A DNA stretch of 64,000 nucleotides from Octopus sinensis (Eukaryota), in contig NC_043013.1 of assembly GCF_006345805.1 (NCBI RefSeq), forward strand, positions 44,144,001-44,208,000, given 5' to 3'. A model generated the notes under the pieces. That model did not search any database. It was given only the letters and a program-made list of their open reading frames with translations, and was not told the origin of the DNA. The position numbers were made by a program, and so were the translations under genes. Of the stretch, positions 37,214-49,759 are shown piece by piece. Every line of letters starts with the position of its first letter. Positions within the stretch are counted from its first letter, which is position 1.

Positions 37214-37270
37214 TTAACAAAAGCTGTTACTCAGAGTTTCACGTTTCCATTCGTCTGACAGTTTTGTTAA
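37214..37270 (-). ncRNA. Type I hammerhead ribozyme-like fold (U4A variant) in a short Penelope-like element (~37190-37360)
   Basis: 5'-ttaacaaaactgt CAGACGA atg-gaaa-cgt GAAA ctc-t-gag TA acag(c)ttttgttaa-3'; 13-bp stem I. Confidence 0.6.
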
Positions 37271-37353
37271 AATAAAGCATATTACTCTACCTCTGGTATT
37301 TGAGTACTCTTTTTTCCACCTTGTTTCACATTTATGTGTTTGCTCCGGTGTAC

Positions 37354-37386
<33 letters not shown>

Positions 37387-38859
37387 GAACTTGTCTGTGC
37401 ATGCATATGTATATATGCTAGTGTATGTATACATTCATGAATATACATCAATAGCATTTCCTGCATAAATGCAAGGCACGCAATGAATGCAAACAACAAA
37501 TTAGATTTTAATATAAATCCTGCATTTTCATGAGAGACAGCTGGGAAGATAGATGTTATATGCACCTTACCTTACCTTCAGTTTTATGGTTTTGATTTTT
37601 ACAGTTGCATGTTCTGCCTTAAGTACCAGGGGCAACCCCTGACATATATATGGCTTACAAAAATTTTCACAGCTGTAATGTATATTTATCTATGTATGTA
37701 TGGAAGGTTAGATGAGGAAATCATGAGATGAACTAATAAAGACTGATCTCAAGAAGCCAAACCCCATGGAGGAAATGACAAAGGACTGCAACATGTAGCA
37801 AAGTGCTACACTAAAGAGGCCTTGCACGATCCATGCAAGCATGGAAAAACAAGCGTAAAAAAGACAGTGGTGATAATGAAATTTGGGACAAATATGGACA
37901 TTTGGGCTTCTTCCAACCATTATGTTCATAACAAGCTCCCATATACTTACTCTTTCCCTCTCTCCATACCCTATCTCTCCTGCTGTGTTGTGAGGGATGG
38001 GATTTCACTGGATCTGCCTATATTTAATCCTCCCTATCACACATATCCCCCCCATCTTTATTGCTAACCATTACTCCATGTCACTCTCATTTCTCCCTCT
38101 TTTAATCTTTCATTATTGATGAGCCATTTTACACACTCTCTCTCTCTCTCTTATCAGCACTCATTTTCATTTGCTAACCATCACTTTTCCACTTTACTCC
38201 TTCCTCTGTCATTCATTGCTGATATCCATAACTCTCTAACTTCCAGTATTCCCTCTTCCATCATCCTGCCCCCCCCAACCGCTAACCCCCTCGGGTTCCT
38301 TCTCCATTATGCTGCTCTCATGCTGTTTCTATCCAGCCTTTTTACCAACAGTTATCTTGTAGCTGTTTATCTCTCTCTTTCTCTCATCCCTTACTCTCTC
38401 TCTCTCCTTTATCACCCACTCACTTCCATCACTTTTCTATTAAACCCTCCTCTGTCACTCTGGTACTCATTCCCTAACCTACTGGATCAAACCCCCTTCT
38501 GGTGCTGGTGAACAGAGACAACATATACCAGAAGGCACTTCTTAGCTTTGCTCCTCTCTGGTGATGAAACCACAAAAAAAAAAGAAGCACTCAATACACT
38601 GTGTAGAGTGGTTGGTTATAAAATGGGCATATAGCCAACATGTGAGCAATAACATTGTCCCTGACCAGTCTAGGATGATAGTAATTCCAAATTCCAACAC
38701 ATCTAACCCATGCCAGCATGAAAAAAGAAGGCAATTAACTATGTTATGTGAAGGAAAAAAGGGAAATTAACCAAATACTCCTGCTATGTATCAATGAATT
38801 CCTTTCTTTATTATGAATTATTTCAGTCAGCTTCTAACCTTGTGCCTTTGAAACCCTGT

Positions 38860-39060
38860 GGAATAAGAGATCCCTTACTTGAGAAATAGGTTAGGGTTTG
38901 CAACATGAACGGTATCTAGCTGTAAACAATTCCTCGGTATTGTATGTGCTGAACTCATGGAAACATGGCAAAATGGAATGAACAAAATACCAGTTGCCCT
39001 TGGGGTAGTATTATATGCTGATGACTGCATTCTTATCATAGAATCTGCAGTTGAGTAAGA
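38860..39060 (+). pseudogene. Decayed RTE reverse-transcriptase fragment
   Basis: ..VLYADDCILIIESAVE* (YADD motif). Confidence 0.7.
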
Positions 39061-39310
39061 AAAAAAAAAAATGATCATTAGAGCTTATCAAACTGTCCAG
39101 CCAATGCCAGCAAGGAAGACAGACACTAAATGAGGATGATGATGGAATATGCATATACACTGTGTGTGTGCTACATTGAAGTCTAAGAAATATGAAAAGT
39201 AAAAAAAAAAAAAACTTAACTCATATATGATTGTGACTTCAATATAACATGTTGGAAAAAAAATATGTTACCTACACACACACACACACACACATAATGC
39301 ATACATACAT

Positions 39311-39677
39311 AGGTGCAGGCATGACTATGGTAAGAAGCTTGCTTCCTAACATGGTTCTAGGTTCATTCACACAGCATGGTACCTTGGAGAAGTGTCTTCT
39401 ATAGCCTCAGGCCAACCAAAGCCTTGTAAGTTTCTGGTGGACAGAAACTTAAAGAAGCCCAATGTGTGTGTGTGTATATATATATATTTATATATATATA
39501 GTTAATCCAAACATGAACAAAGAGAAAACACCATAACGCGAGGATGTGGAAGGGTGCTTAGGAAAGGAAAGAAAGAAGGAGGATCTAATGTTTCGAGCAG
39601 AGCTCTTTGTCAGAAACATAGAGAAAGAAAAGGTCCAAGGAAGGGAAGACAGAGAAAGAAAATCGACAACACATGCT

Positions 39678-39723
<46 letters not shown>

Positions 39724-39950
39724 TCTTTGTGTGTGTTTTTGCGCCTGTGTTTGTTCCACCATTGCATGACAACTGGTATTAAGGTGTTTACATCCTCATA
39801 ACTTAGCAGTTTGACAAAAGAGACCAATGGAATAAGTACTAAACTTTTTTTTAAAAATGTACTGGGGTTGATTTGTTTGATTAAAACCCTTCAAAGTGGT
39901 GCCCTAGAAGGGCTGCAATCAAATGATTAAAACAAGTAACAGATAAAAGA
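39311..39950 (+). mobile_element. SINE family A interrupted at its (TA) linker by a Penelope-like fragment (~39500-39700, minus strand)
   Basis: SINE head to 39460 and body from 39720; the insert carries a relic hammerhead core. Confidence 0.7.
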
Positions 39951-40850
39951 TACAAGTGACAAGGCCTGCATGGCAAATAAAAATAAACTTGATGTTTTTG
40001 TACATGCATTGAGAACTTTAATGGATTGCAGTCTCTATGAAGATTATCACACATGTGCATGTTCGTGCGTATGTTCATACACAAGCACATACACTCATGT
40101 AGGTGTGTGTGTATGTTTATTTCTACATCTAGATATTCCATGACAAAACTGCTAATTCTTAACCCCCACCAACTCCTTCCTGAGCAGGAATTTTGTGTGT
40201 AGTTGTTGTTGGCTGGTGGTGGTGGCAACAGGTAATAGGTAACATTACTATTGCTGGTACTGGGGAGTAATTATCTTAATTAAGGTATGACTGACACAAT
40301 GTTTTGCTCAAGACACCAGTACCTTTTTTTTCCTTTTATTTTCTTTTTGTTTAGTTTTGTTGTAAGAGCAAAACAAAACAACAAATACTAATTCTAACAA
40401 CCACCCCTACCATGACCAACAGCTAAGATCACCTCCATTACCACCAATTAAAGCAACCATAATTATAACAGCATAAACATGAACCTCTTCAAAACTAAGA
40501 ACCAACCAACATAGCTTTAATTGAGTTTTTTCTTTTGTGCTTTTCAACAAGTTTCTCAGAGGTGAGTGAGTTGGTGTTGGGATGTGGGGTTCATGCATGT
40601 TGGTGTTGGCAGTGGCGGAGTAGGGCTGCACATGAATTGTCTTTTGTCATGTTTCAGCAAGGTGTTTAGGAGTGGGGCTGGAGGTGGATGGTTTTGTTTT
40701 TTGTCTGGAGTTCTGCCACTCCCACCTTGTCCTTTCAGTAAAGGAATTGAGAGGTTGTATTAATCTCTTCACATATCTTGATCACCTCCATTGGCCTGAT
40801 TGTCAGATGTCCGCTTTGAATCTGCTGGCCACAGCATTTCATCTATTCTT

Positions 40851-41131
40851 AGTTAGTTAGTTAGTTAATTTTTTGGCTCAAAAAGCAAAAAGCAAGGCCA
40901 TGTAGGGGGACATGGAGTTATGTACAGGGTGGTGTTCATGTAAAGAGTTCAGGCCACTTGTGGTCAAGGGAGACTTTGAACTGAGCGGTCGTCAGCATCT
41001 TCACTATCTCGTCCGGCAGCTTATTCCACGGATCCGCAACCCGGACGGAGAAAGCCCCTCTCCTTCGATTGAGATGAAATCGTCGCAGATAGAGCTTTTC
41101 GGAATGACCCCACAGCCGACGCTCTGGAGCA
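40851..41131 (-). mobile_element. 5'-truncated CR1 LINE 3' end with (TAAC)n tail, inserted in an RTE remnant
   Basis: APERRLWGHSEKLYLRRFHLNRRRGAFSVRVADPWNKLPDEIV..FKVSLDHKWPELFT*. Confidence 0.92.
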
Positions 41132-41370
41132 GCCTCCATTGCATCGTTCCCTTTTATATCATTAACCCATCTGAGGAGAGGCCTCCTGAGTAGTCGTTTC
41201 TGCTTATGCAGGCACCACTTGACAACAGCACAGGTCCACTGATTATTGGTGCACCCATCTGCATTTGTTCGAATGGTATTTGGCGATGACGTCCATCACT
41301 CTGGTTCTTTCCCATAATCTGCTTATTTCAGATTTGATCTCTCAAGGAGATACTCAGCATCAACTTTTCC
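41132..41370 (-). pseudogene. RTE LINE C-terminal remnant (continues at about 40780-40850)
   Basis: MEKLMLSISLRDQI*N..TRVMDVIAK..WTCAVVKW..RRPLLRWVNDI. Confidence 0.7.
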
Positions 41371-41770
41371 ATGGTTCTAAGAAAGGCTGAAGACGCTCAA
41401 CCTTTATTCTCTAGAAAAACGACAACGCCATGGTGATCTCATTCTTGCTCACAACATCATAAGTGGAAAGTGTAACCTCTCGAAAGAGCTGTTCTTCACT
41501 CCTGCTCCAGAGCGTCGGCTGTGGGGTCACTCCGAAAAGCTCTATCTGCAACGATTTCATCTCAATCGAAGGAGAGGGGCTTTCTCCGTCCGGGTTGCGG
41601 ATCCGTGGAATAAGCTGCCGGACGAGATAGTGAAGATGCCGACAACCACTCAGTTCAAAGTCTCTCTTGACCAGAAATGGCCTGAACTCTTTGCATGAAC
41701 ACCCTCCCTGTACATAACTTCATGTCCCCCTACATGGCCTTGCTTTTTGAGCCCCAAAATTAACTTAACT
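41368..41770 (+). mobile_element. 5'-truncated CR1 LINE 3' end
   Basis: ERLKTLNLYSLEKRQRHGDLILAHNIISGKCNLSKELFFTPAPERRLWGHSEK..; about 95% identical to 40851-41131. Confidence 0.92.
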
Positions 41771-42487
41771 ATATCCTATTTTCATCCTATTTTTCTTTTG
41801 TAAAGAACTTGCTCCTGACTCCTCATCATTTGGCAACCTCAATATTTTCTCCCTACTATTTTCATTACAACACATGAAGCAGCTCTTTTAATTTTTTCTT
41901 CTATTCTTTATACCATTTTTTTTTTACTGTATTTAACATCAGTGCAATGTTGGAGTTGTGTTAGTGCTGTGCAAGAACTATATTCAAGAAATGTTGGTCA
42001 GTCAGTGCTGGAGCATTGACCAATTTATATTTGACTCTTATTATTCTGAGTTCAAGGAAGAAGTACAACTAGGAAGAGGTCAGTGCATTAGGTTGTTGTC
42101 TAACACTATGGTCAACCCTATCAGAGTACATCTAGGAGTATTAGACTGAGTACAAGATCTGTGTCCTCCTTTACTCTTTTACTTGTTTCAGTCATTTGAC
42201 TGTGGACACGCTGGAGCACCGCCTTTTGTCAAGCAAATCGACCCCAGGACTTATTCTTTGTAAGCCTAGAACTTACTCTCTCGGCCTCTTTTGCTGAACT
42301 GCTAAGTTATAGGGATGTAAACACACCAGCATTGGTTGTCAAGCGATGTTGGGGGGACAAACACAGACACAGAAACACATACATATACGACAGGTTTGCT
42401 TGTAAGAAAGTGATTACTAGTTGTAAGAATGATAGTTATAAGAATGATGAGCTTGTAGGCTTTTATTTGTAAATAAAAGAAAATTCT

Positions 42488-43120
42488 GCAGGCATGGCAG
42501 TCTAGTTAAGAAGTTTGTTTTGCAATCATGTGGTTTTGGTTCAGTTGCAAGTGCAGCACCTATGGTGTCTTCTACTATAGCCCCAGACCCATCAATGCTT
42601 TGTAAGTGAATTTGGTGGATGACAACTGTGCAGAAGCTTGCAGTGTGTGTGTATGTGTGTGCATATCTCTCTTTGTATCTGTTTCTCTATTACCCACAAG
42701 GGGCTAAACACAGAGGGGACAAACAAGGACAGACAAACAGATTAAGTCGATTACATCTACCCCAGTGTGTAACTGGTACTTAATTTATCGACCACGGAAG
42801 GATGAAAGACAAAGTCGACCTCGGTGAAATTTGAACTCAGAACGTAGCAGCGGACGAAATACAGCTTCACATTTCGCCCGGCGAGCTAACGTTTCTGCCA
42901 GCTCGCCGCCTTATCTTTGTATCTGTCACCTTGCAGCTTGATAACTGGTATTGGTTTGTTTACATCCTTTGTAACTTAAATGATCCCTCACAGGGACCAA
43001 TCAAATAAATACCAGACTATAATAAAGAGTACTAGAGTTTGAGTTCTTCAGCTAAACCCTTCAAAGCAGTGCTCCAGCATGGCTGCACTCCTTTTGACTG
43101 AAACAAGTAAAAGATAAAAG
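42488..43120 (+). mobile_element. Old SINE family A interrupted by a SINE family B copy (42685-42912, minus strand)
   Basis: Family A head to 42650 and remainder from 42920. Confidence 0.75.
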
Positions 43121-43581
43121 AAATGTACCACTTCCCAGAGACTAAATAATAATAAATGTATTTTCCTTATCATTATTATTAAAATATTTGACATTCTACA
43201 AAATGATTTTTCATACATCCTCTTATCATAATAGAATTTTCGTTATGGTTTTCCTTAAAAAATTATTTCAGTTACAAATTGGTTATTTTACTTCAGAAGA
43301 GTCCCCTAACACTTTGGTCTCCCAAGGGCACCATTATCTGAATATAGCACTAATAAGGAGACACCACAAGCAAATTTAACATTGTTATTATTGCATCTAT
43401 ATGTGGCAAGTGCAGTGAAGCATGACATCACCTCCCAGCCAAATGAAATCCCCCTGACTCTGATTTCAATTATAAGTTGAAAAAGCAAAAAAAAAAGATA
43501 ATTTACTTCAAATAATACATATCCTTTCTGGTTTGTTTTTTTTTTCTTCTTTTTCTTGTTCCTGTTATTGGCTGAATCAAG

Positions 43582-43663
43582 GGAGGACAGACAGTGCTAC
43601 CCCCTGATCCTTTCAGTGCTTCTGAGATGAGAGGGAGAAAGGGTGGAGGTTATCCTCAGACAG
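43582..43663 (+). CDS. Candidate internal exon of an unidentified host gene
   Basis: Long pyrimidine tract, first downstream AG at 43580-43581, donor CAG|GTAACT; only one open frame (GGQTVLPPDPFSASEMRGRKGGGYPQT); protein not recognised. Confidence 0.25.
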
Positions 43664-44042
43664 GTAACTTGGTCTGATGAATGCTTGCAACAGAGCAGAT
43701 TCTGTTAAAGTAACCCAAGAGCCCAGATAGTGACATTAACCCCATTAACCCTTCAGCATTCAGATTACACTGTCAAATATTTCTTTTATCTTTTACTTGT
43801 TTCCGCCGGTAGACTGCAGCCATGCTGGAGCACTGTATGAAAGGACTTTAGATGAACAAATCAATCCCAGTACTTTTTTTTTATTTTTCAAGCATGGTAC
43901 CTATTCTTTTGGTCCCTTTTGTCATAGTGCCAAGTTACAGGGTCATAAACACACCAATACCACCTGCCAAACAGTGATGGGGAACAAACACAGACATGCA
44001 CACACACACACACACATACACAAATATATATATAAGAGAACA

Positions 44043-44253
44043 GACTCGTTAGCGCGCCGGGCGAAATGCTTAGCGGTATTTCGTCTGTCGTTACGTTCTG
44101 AGTTTAAATTCCGCTGAGGTCGACTTTACCTTTCATCCTTTCGGGGTCGATAAATAAAGTACCAGTTTCGCACTGGGGTCGATGTAATTGACTTAATCCC
44201 TTTGTCTGTCCTTGTTTGTCCCCTCTATGTTTAGCCTCTTGTGGGCAATAAAG
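44043..44253 (+). mobile_element. Young, slightly 5'-truncated SINE family B
   Basis: 21-bp TSD aaatatatatataagagaaca (44022-44042 / 44254-44274). Confidence 0.92.
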
Positions 44254-44314
44254 AAATATATATATAAGAGAACAAAGTGTACGTACGTTGCTCTATATAT
44301 ATATATATATATAT

Positions 44315-44551
44315 AAATACAAAATGGGACAAGAATGCTAAACATCCAGATAGACGATACAAAAAACAAGGACGGGTCATTCGAAGCCTTTAATCTTCAG
44401 TCACGAACAGGATCATCCTCACAATTTCGGCTGATTAATCTTGAGATTACTCCAATCTGGCCAGCCCCAAGGAAAAACTAAGCTAAGAGCATTAGATTCC
44501 TTGGAAAACAGCTTTATCTGGATTTCTGTGTTCTTGTCCCATTTTATATTT
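44315..44551 (-). mobile_element. Short Penelope-like element with an inverted copy of its own terminus
   Basis: aaatacaaaatgggacaagaa (44315-44335) is inverted at 44531-44551; flanked by (TA)n. Confidence 0.55.
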
Positions 44552-44586
44552 TTATATATATACATATATATACACATACATACATA

Positions 44587-44962
44587 CACTACCGTCAGAA
44601 ATTAATTAGCACCCTTGATTTGCTCTTCACTCAAGGTATGTGCTGTCACCTAGTGGCCATATCTTGAACTATTATTTGTTGCGAGTTCACTGTTGCGCAG
44701 AACGATGACGTAACTTTGTTTGCAGAGCAGTTTGAGAGTCTACAGCCTTATGATGTTGACATAGCAGTGCAACAACTTGGAGTGCGGATGCAGACAAATC
44801 TTCCTTTGTTTAATAGATATAGGTAGCGCCTCGCAAGGACCAAAATCACACCATACTAAGTTTTCTCATCGTGTAAGACGTTTTGAACAGCTCATAGGTT
44901 AATTGATTTAACCTATTTAATGTAGAAATTTGAGAAGTGCTAATTAATTTCTGACGCAAGTG
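44587..44962. mobile_element. Tc1-like non-autonomous element
   Basis: TA|CACTACCGTCAGAAATTAATTAGCAC...GTGCTAATTAATTTCTGACGCAAGTG|TA. Confidence 0.9.
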
Positions 44963-46069
44963 TACATATATATGATGGGTTTCTTTCAGTTTCTGTCTAA
45001 CAAATCCACTCATAAGGCTTTGGTCGGTCTGCGGTTATAGTAGAAGACACTTGCCCAAGGTGCCATGCAGTGAGACTGAACCCACACAGCCACTCTTGTA
45101 CTTATGACTGTTTATTTTGAGAATCACATTGCAAGGTAGGTGTGAAAGACTGTATCTGCCCAGTTTAAATGCTAAAGGGTTAAACTAGGCAATTCCTCAG
45201 ATAGGTTTCCACACAATTCCAGTCTATCATTTTCACTCACAAAATTTTTCTCAGTCTGAGCTTATAGCATAAAGCACTTGCCCAAAGTGTTTTACTGTGG
45301 TATTTGAACCTGAGACCACATCATTTCAAAGTGAACTTCTCAAACACACAGCTGTTCCTATGTACAGATAAGTGGAGCTACGAATATTCAAATATTCTCA
45401 CACTTGCTGCCAGTAAATCTGTGGTTTTTATTGCATTTGCATAACTGACCTCAACAAGCAAACAAAGACAAACACACACACATTCATATTAATTCCTTAC
45501 ATATGCATAAGGCCACACATTTGGTGGGAAAGGAAAGTAAATTATATCAACCACGAGGACATCCCTCCACGAGGATAAAAAAGTAAAGCTGACTGTATCT
45601 TGAACTCAGAATATAAAGAAATGTAACTAGATACTTTGATTCTCTAATGATTCTGTTAATCATACATATAGAAATATTGGTTTCAAATTTTGGCCCAATG
45701 CCTGCAATATTGGGGGAGGGGAAAGGCGATTACACCAACCCCAGTTTTCAACTGGTACCTATTCTATTGACCCTGAATGTGAAGGCAGACAAAATGCCAC
45801 TAAGCATTTTGCCAGGTGTGCTATGATTCTACCAGCTGACCACCTTACACACAGAAATTACTAATATGATGATTTATTATCCTTGTTGTGGACTATGATC
45901 TGAAGTGGAAAATCCTTCAAGCATTATATCAATCAATGCAAAGCCATTTTTTTTTAGATTATCATTAATTATTTCAAACTAACAATTTTGATTTGATCCA
46001 ACAAGAGATCCTCAACTCACTAAAAAGAACAACCTTTTCCAGCCATAACCATCCTAAAATTTTCTATAA

Positions 46070-46441
46070 CAATAGTTTCTCAACCATTTTTTTACTTATG
46101 GGGCCCCCTTTGATTACTATTTTATCCTGATAGACCCCCCCCCCATCACATAACCATTCAATGTTTAAAAACTAGTTTTGTAGATGCTTCTTTCAAAATT
46201 CCTATTTTGTTTCTCACACATTCACTTTTGTAGGTTTATGACAAAACTCTCTGAGAGAACATTCTTCAGTGGCCAGAAACCTAGCTGTTTCTTACAATAG
46301 ATACATCTAAAGGAATTTTTTTTTTTAATGGACCCTTAAAATACCACTTTAGATTCTCAATTTAGTATTTTGCTTCTGTGAACCCCCTAAAATCTTAGAT
46401 GAACCCCTAGGAGTCATATGGATCCCAGTTGAGAACCATTA
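46070..46441. mobile_element. hAT (Charlie-like) MITE, degenerate
   Basis: caatagtttctcaacc...ggatcccagttgagaaccatta; similar to 53329 and 58897. Confidence 0.75.
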
Positions 46442-46519
46442 CTCAAGAGTATTAAGTATTTTAGGTCTACACCCTAACATCTTGAAAAGGTGGGATACAT
46501 TGAATAATTCCAATGTGTC

Positions 46520-47430
46520 CCTCCTTTTCAAGATGTTAAGGTGTAATTCGAGGGAGATTTGGCTGGTATTTATAGCAGGTCAAGCAATCACATAAAGTTA
46601 TTGTCATTGTTTAACTTAAGATCAACCCTGGTCATACACAGGCCTACACACAAAAGCATTTTAGTTGTGGCCATCCTGTCTTTTTGATATGTGCTACTTC
46701 TTATAATAAAAAGGAACCATAGGGTGTAAGATGAAGGAGATTTGGTTGTTATTTCTAGCAGGATGAATGCCCATTTAGAGGTTCCCTCATTGCTGTTAGT
46801 TGGCTAGCAGTACTTTCTCTCAGGTTTAGAAGAATAGTGTTATTGGCCCCAATTTCCATAATCCCCCACTCTCTATAATCTAACCTTGTTTTCTTTTTTA
46901 AAGGGAGGGAAATTTGACTGTTATTTCTATCTAGCAGGATGAATGACTGCTTAGAGGTTCCCTCATTGGTTGGCGCTCAAGTTTAGTTAGTAGAACATTG
47001 TTACAGTCTGCCCTCCCAATAACCATCCAAAATTTAACCATGTTTTTTTAAAACACTGGGGTACGACAAGCAGGACATTTAGCTGCTATTTCTAGTAGGA
47101 CAAGCAACTACTTAGAGATTATCTCCATTGGTATTGGTTGGGTCTCAGGTTTAATAAGCAGAACAACAGTTCTTTCCTGCCTCTGCCACCCCCAATAGTC
47201 ATCCACCTTCTGTAACTTAACCATATGTTGTTTTTTTTTAAATGTTGGGATTTAACATGAGGAATATTTGGCTGTTACTTCTAGTAGGATGAACGACCAC
47301 TTAGAGATTCCCTCATTGGTGTTGGTTGGGTCTCAGGTTTAGTAAGCAGAACAGCAGTACTTAACCTCCACCCACCCCACTAAGTACCCACCCTCTGTAA
47401 CCTAACCATATGTTTTTTACTGACAACTAG
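46520..47430 (+). repeat. Decayed tandem array of 5-6 units of ~160-190 bp
   Basis: tagag.ttccctcattg-like motif near 46597, 46778, 46954, 47115 and 47304, each preceded by atttggctg.tatttctag. Confidence 0.75.
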
Positions 47431-47869
47431 AAAAGTTTTTTTTTCTTCTCCTTCATCAGTGGGAGTCTGGTATCTCCTACTGCTGATAACCAAACCCACC
47501 TACAACCTCTGTTGTCTCCTCCTTTTAAAGTTGAGAGAATAATAAAAAAAAAAAACTCAGAGGGATGCGAAGAGGTAAGGGGAATGAGGATAACTACTTC
47601 ACTTAAACTAGAAACATCTATTTAGGAATGTTAAAACATTTTCTTTAGCTTCTTTTTTTTTCTTTTGCAAAAAAAGTAAAAGAAAATTTAAAATATACAT
47701 ATATAAAGAAAATGTGTGCTAAGAAAATAAAACAAGAAAATTAACTGATAAACAACAAAAAATTAAAATTAAAAAAATTTCGTTTTAGGAGTTAAAAATA
47801 AAAAAAGATTAATGTAATAAAATAGTAAGAAAAAAATTATCTAAAAAAATTTTATAAAATGATTTCAAA

Positions 47870-48255
47870 CATAGGCACAAGGTGGTGGTAAGAAGCAGAG
47901 TTAATTATATCAGCTTCAGTACTTCATCAACCTCTGATTGGAAGAATAAAATGTGTAGCTGATTCTGGTGAGGTTTGAACTCAGATTGCAAAGGAGCATA
48001 ACTATTGTGAGATATTTTGTTTGACACTTTGATAATGGCTTCAAATTTTGGAACAAGGCCGGTAAGCTTGTGGGGAAGGGAATAAGTTGATTGCATTGAC
48101 CTCAGTCTACTCAACCTATTTTATTGACCCTAAAAGGATGAAAGGCAAAGTCAACTTCAGCGGAATTTGAACTCAGAACGTAAAGACAGGCCAAATGTTG
48201 CTAAGCATTTTACCCAATGTGTTAATGAGCCTACTAGCTCACTGTCTTTGGCATT

Positions 48256-48297
<42 letters not shown>

Positions 48298-48760
48298 GTT
48301 TTAAATTTTGTCACAAGGGCTGCAATTTTAGGGGGCGGGATGAGTCGATTACATTGATCCCAGTCTTCAACTGGTTCTTATTTCATCAACCCCAAAAGGA
48401 TGACAGGCAAAGTCAATCTCGGTAGAATTTGAACCCAGAATGTAAAGACAGATGAAATGCCACTAAGCATTTTGTCTGGTGTGCTGATGACTCTGCCAGC
48501 TCACCGCCTTTTTAATAATAATAATAATAATAATAATAATGATGATAATAAGAATAATAATGATAATAATTTCAAATTTTGGCTCAAGGCCAGCAATATA
48601 GGTTGGGGCGTTAGTTAATTACATTGACCCTAGTACTTGACTACTACTTTATTTTATTGATCCTGAAAGGCTGAGTGGCCATGATAGGATTGAGCTTAAC
48701 CAGAAGAAATGCTACTAAGTCTGTTGTCTGACATGCAAACACTTTTCCCAGCTCATTGCC
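47870..48760 (-). mobile_element. Cluster of 3-4 SINE family B copies separated by (AAT)n
   Basis: Repeated gaaaggcaaagtcaa..gaatttgaac motifs. Confidence 0.75.
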
Positions 48761-49759
48761 TTGCCTTCATAACAATAATAATAACTGCAGTATCTAAAAT
48801 ATGACAAGAGCACAGATTTTGGCAGTATGATTCAGTCTATCATTTCAATCACAGTAAACTCAGTTGATCATTTTGATTAAAGTTGATCAATTTGATCACT
48901 GGTGTTTATTTTATCAGCCAAAGACGGAAGTTGACCCTTGTGGGATTTGAACTCAAAATGTAAAAGTACATCTATAACTAATAAATTCTGTTATTCATTT
49001 TCATCACCATTCTTATAACAACAATATTACGAATGATAATAAGACAGTGAGTTGGCAGAATCATTAGCACACTGGGAAAAAACGTTTAGCAGCATTTCAT
49101 CCCTCTTTTATGTTCCAGGTTCAAATTCCACTGCGGTCGACTTTGCCTTTCATCCTTCTGGGATCAATAAAAATAAGCACCAGTTGAGTAGTGGGGTTGA
49201 TATAATCGACTTTCCCCCACTTCTGAAATTGATGGCCTTGTGCCAGAATTTTAAGCCAATATTAAGAATGATAACAATAAAAGTAATAATAACAGTAATA
49301 AAGAATTTTTTTTTAAAACATCACTGAAATACCCACTCCCCACAAGAAATAGTATGGTAGTCTAAAACAACAATGAGAATTCAGTGGGTGGTGCTGTTGT
49401 TTGTGGTGGTGGGGTTTATTTGAGTAAAAGTCATTGAAGAATGTAATGGAGTTTGGTTTAAAAGAGTGAAGATAAAAGGTGGAGGTGGGGTGCGAGACAG
49501 AGAGAGTAAAAAAAAATAGGGAGTTAAATTAGATAAAACTTGATGTGAAACGCAGTGATGATGAAATAATATCGAGTTTCCCAAAACTTTTTTTTTCTTT
49601 CTTACATTATTATTTAATGTATGCTTATATGTACTGTGTATATATGTGTGTGTGTGTGTGTGTATTTATATATAGACACACTTGTACATACGTATTTACA
49701 GACACGCACAAACTCATATATAAGTGCATATATGCTTATGTGCATGTTTGTGCGTACAT

